From the NCBI GenBank assembly GCA_046563655.1, contig CM102285.1, positions 3,906,001 through 3,970,000 on the forward strand: a stretch of 64,000 nucleotides of DNA, in the 5' to 3' direction. The translations under genes and the position numbers were made by a program. Source of the stretch: Yuukianura sp. NJ FZ-2021 (taxonomy: Eukaryota). Every line of letters starts with the position of its first letter. The first letter of the stretch is position 1. Under the pieces are notes generated by a model that had not been told where the DNA came from, did not search any database, and saw only the letters and a list, made by a program, of their open reading frames with translations. Positions 61,110 through 64,000 of the stretch are shown here, piece after piece.

Positions 61110-63521
61110 TCACGACTTCCTGGTTTTCTGTACGCGGCTTTTCGCTGGTTTGCTGATGTTGACCTCCGCCTTGACTCTCTTTCTTTTCACTGAATTCCGG
61201 ATTGTGTGGGATACTTTTGACTTTTTGACTGAGGAGCTCTGAGTTCGAACTTTGCCACAATCCACATGCTTCTCGTGAGTACGCAGATCTCTGCGGACCA
61301 GAAACAATCTCCCGCACTTCGGGCAAGGATATGATGGTGAACCCCCGTGGTGGCGTAGAACATGAATTTTTAGTTCCTCTCGAGACCAACAGCGTCTTGG
61401 GCAATTGTTGCAGTGGAAGGGATGTGCTAGGCCGCTGGTCCCGTGTTCCTGAACTAAATGTTGTTTCATGTCCTGAAGACATGTAAACTCCAACTTCTTA
61501 TTGCGACATCCGGCTTCGTTACAGTAAAGGGGTGGAAGTGGTTCACAAGCATTGCCTTTTCGTCTCTTGACTTGTGATGGATTCGTGACATTAGTTTCGG
61601 ATTCAGATTGCGTCGGTGGGATTGCATCAAGGTCATGGACACACGTTACTGGTACTGTTGATGGTGTTGCCATTGTCATGGTCCCCAGAGCAACGGTTTT
61701 GGAAAGGTGTACAAGTAGACAGTGACGAAGAAGCCCAGTTTCTGTCCAAAATGGTCTGCCACATTCTCCGCATGGATGTGTCGGAGTATCGCCGTGGTAT
61801 CGCATGTTGTGGACCTTGAGATCCTTGCGATTTCCAAATCGCTTTTGGCAGTTATGGCAATGATAGGGGTGTCCCAAGTCGTTACCGTTGTGTTCTTGGT
61901 TGATGTGCTCTCTCATTTCTTGAAGACAATCAAACTTCATGTTCATTTCAATGCAAGCGGCTTCATTACAGTACAGTGATGGCAAAGCTTCATAAGGCGT
62001 AACATCACTCCTCGGTAGCGTTATCACATCTTGTCTATGCGTATGAACTCGTAGATGGTGACGAAAAACTGCCTTTTTTGTCCAAAATGGCTTTCCACAC
62101 TTGGGGCAAGGATGTGACGAGCTCCCACCATGACTTTGAAGGACATGAGTTCTAAGATCTCTGAAATGTTCATACCGCTTTTGGCACTGTCCGCAATGGA
62201 AAGGATGTTCCAAGTCGACACCACCGTGGACCTCAGTGATATGATCCTTCATTTTGCGGAGACGACGAAACTCTACCTTAAGTTCCAAGCAATTTGCTTC
62301 ATTACAGTATAGAGGCGTAGGTTTCTCCTCAGGCATGGTAAAGTTCTTTTCGAAGGAGAGCATTTCGGTATTCAAACCATTTGAATCCTTTGCTCCTTCG
62401 GAATGGGTTCGCAGACAATGCGTCTTAAGTACTTTTTCTGTCCAAAAAAGTAAGCCACAGTCTGGACAGGCATGCGACGGGGTCCCACCGTGGTGTCGTT
62501 CTGAGTGAATTTTAAGATCCTCACGTCTCCGATATCGTTTAGGGCATTTAGAACAATGTATTGGATGTTCCAAGTCCTCACCGCCATGCTCATTCGTGAT
62601 GTGATCTTGCATCTCTTTTATACGCCTGAACTGAACGTTGGCACAATCGGTGTTGAAGTTGCAAAAGAACGGTAAACGAGACGGTGGTTCCCACGTAGAT
62701 GATTGTCTCGCTTTTCTCGAAACTGTCGCATCTAAAGCGACTTTCACTCCGTCCCAAAACGAATCCCTACTGCTGTTAGACTCATCGGCCAGTTGATCCT
62801 GTGGAAATGTGTTGCCCTCCGAGAAACAAATTTCATCCAAAGCTGGAGAAACGCTTAGCTGCAAAGGTTTGCCGATATTAACCCGACTAAAGCTTGCGTT
62901 TCTGCAGGCATTGTCCTGGCTTAATGTAACAGACGAGCTGTGAAAGAAATCCAAATTAAGGTCAAAATAGCAGCCAACCTCAAATTCTGTTCATTCAAAT
63001 ACGCCGAGTAGTCGAGTTAAAACTCACCCAAAAGCAGAAGATGCTGTGCCATCAATGGAATCAATATGACCTGGAACGGGATCGCAATGGTTTTGCTCTG
63101 GTTCCAGTACATCCATTTCTATTCTTAGTTTTAAATACTCAGCCATGGCTTCCAATTCAGTCCAAGATGCTGGACATGGTGAACTCCCCCTAATCTGTGA
63201 ACGAAGGCTAATGATTTGTTCTGCGTGCGTGATCAGACGATGTCTAATTGTTTCTGCCACATCGGTTAACTTAGTTTGGAGTCGGCAAATCGCTGAATAA
63301 GTGAAGTCCGCTTCACAGACAAGTTCCTGGCAGTTCTGACAGTAATTATCACCTATAAAGTAGGGGCTATGGCCTTCATCCAAGTGAACCGTCTTGCACA
63401 CCGATGTAGCCATTAGACTCGACCATGCTGGTGGAATTCTGTGGCTTGGCTGTAGTAGAGTTGATACGGGACAGCCGCAAAGACAGCAAGTTGAAAACGT
63501 CGTACTTTCTAAAGTCAGCAT
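61110..63521 (-). CDS. C2H2 zinc-finger protein with N-terminal ZAD-like C4 domain, 2 coding exons
   Basis: Exon 63521-~63028 (CCLCG...CQNCQELVCEAD..RLQTKL) splices in phase 2 to exon ~62939-61110, which holds four repeats of a three-finger module (~12 fingers). Confidence 0.88.
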
Positions 63522-64000
63522 GTCGGTCGATTCGGATTCTACTTACATACGCCCTGTACAGAAAAAAAAAGATCCGTTCACTTCAACAATGAAATCCAAA
63601 TCACAGATTGGATTGTCCTTAGAAATGAGCGAAATAGTTTTTTTTTAGTGAAATCACGAAATTTAAAAATTCCGGAAATATAACTTGACTTACGTTGTAA
63701 CGTCCGTACTGGTGGAGGAATAGCTAGTAATTGGTTACTATTTCTGAATGCATAAATGATTCATAAAGTTGAACACTAATTAAAGAAGATTAAACTCTCG
63801 AACTTTGAAATCAACGACAGAAGTCCTGCTGGACGCTGGAGAAATAACTTTCATAGAAAGGCAATAAGGCTAATGCAAATCTACCCATCTGATGGGCCTT
63901 GACTAAAAGTCTGAAAACGCGATTCGCTACTTATTGGAATCGTCAGATTTACATTTTGTTCAAGTGCGATAGTGCGAACGTTATGATTGTTTGTGACGAC

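Overview
AT-rich eukaryotic DNA with compact genes and short (~60-150 nt) GT-AG introns. Gene content indicates an arthropod/hexapod; a springtail (Collembola) is my inference and is not proven. Housekeeping genes recognisable from translation: NDUFS5, dynein light intermediate chain, SLC35F5, iPLA2-beta (PLA2G6), a clan-2 cytochrome P450 with a homopolymer frameshift, and a ZAD-like/C2H2 zinc-finger gene. Less ordinary content: a divergent CENP-T-like histone-fold gene whose frame seems to be rescued by a 74-nt intron derived from its own coding repeat; an intron-containing DUF2828/vWA gene of a family atypical for animals (horizontal transfer candidate); an uncharacterised protein with a papain/C39-like Q-C-H-N catalytic arrangement; a tandem array of five 3-exon ~390-400 aa multi-TM GR/OR-like receptor genes; a decayed multi-domain defensin-like gene broken by a 50-bp templated inverted insertion; and eight short non-autonomous DNA transposons with TIRs and 8-9-bp TSDs, one carrying eight TATCGATA (DRE) motifs. 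All homology calls are from motif recognition by eye, with no searches run.
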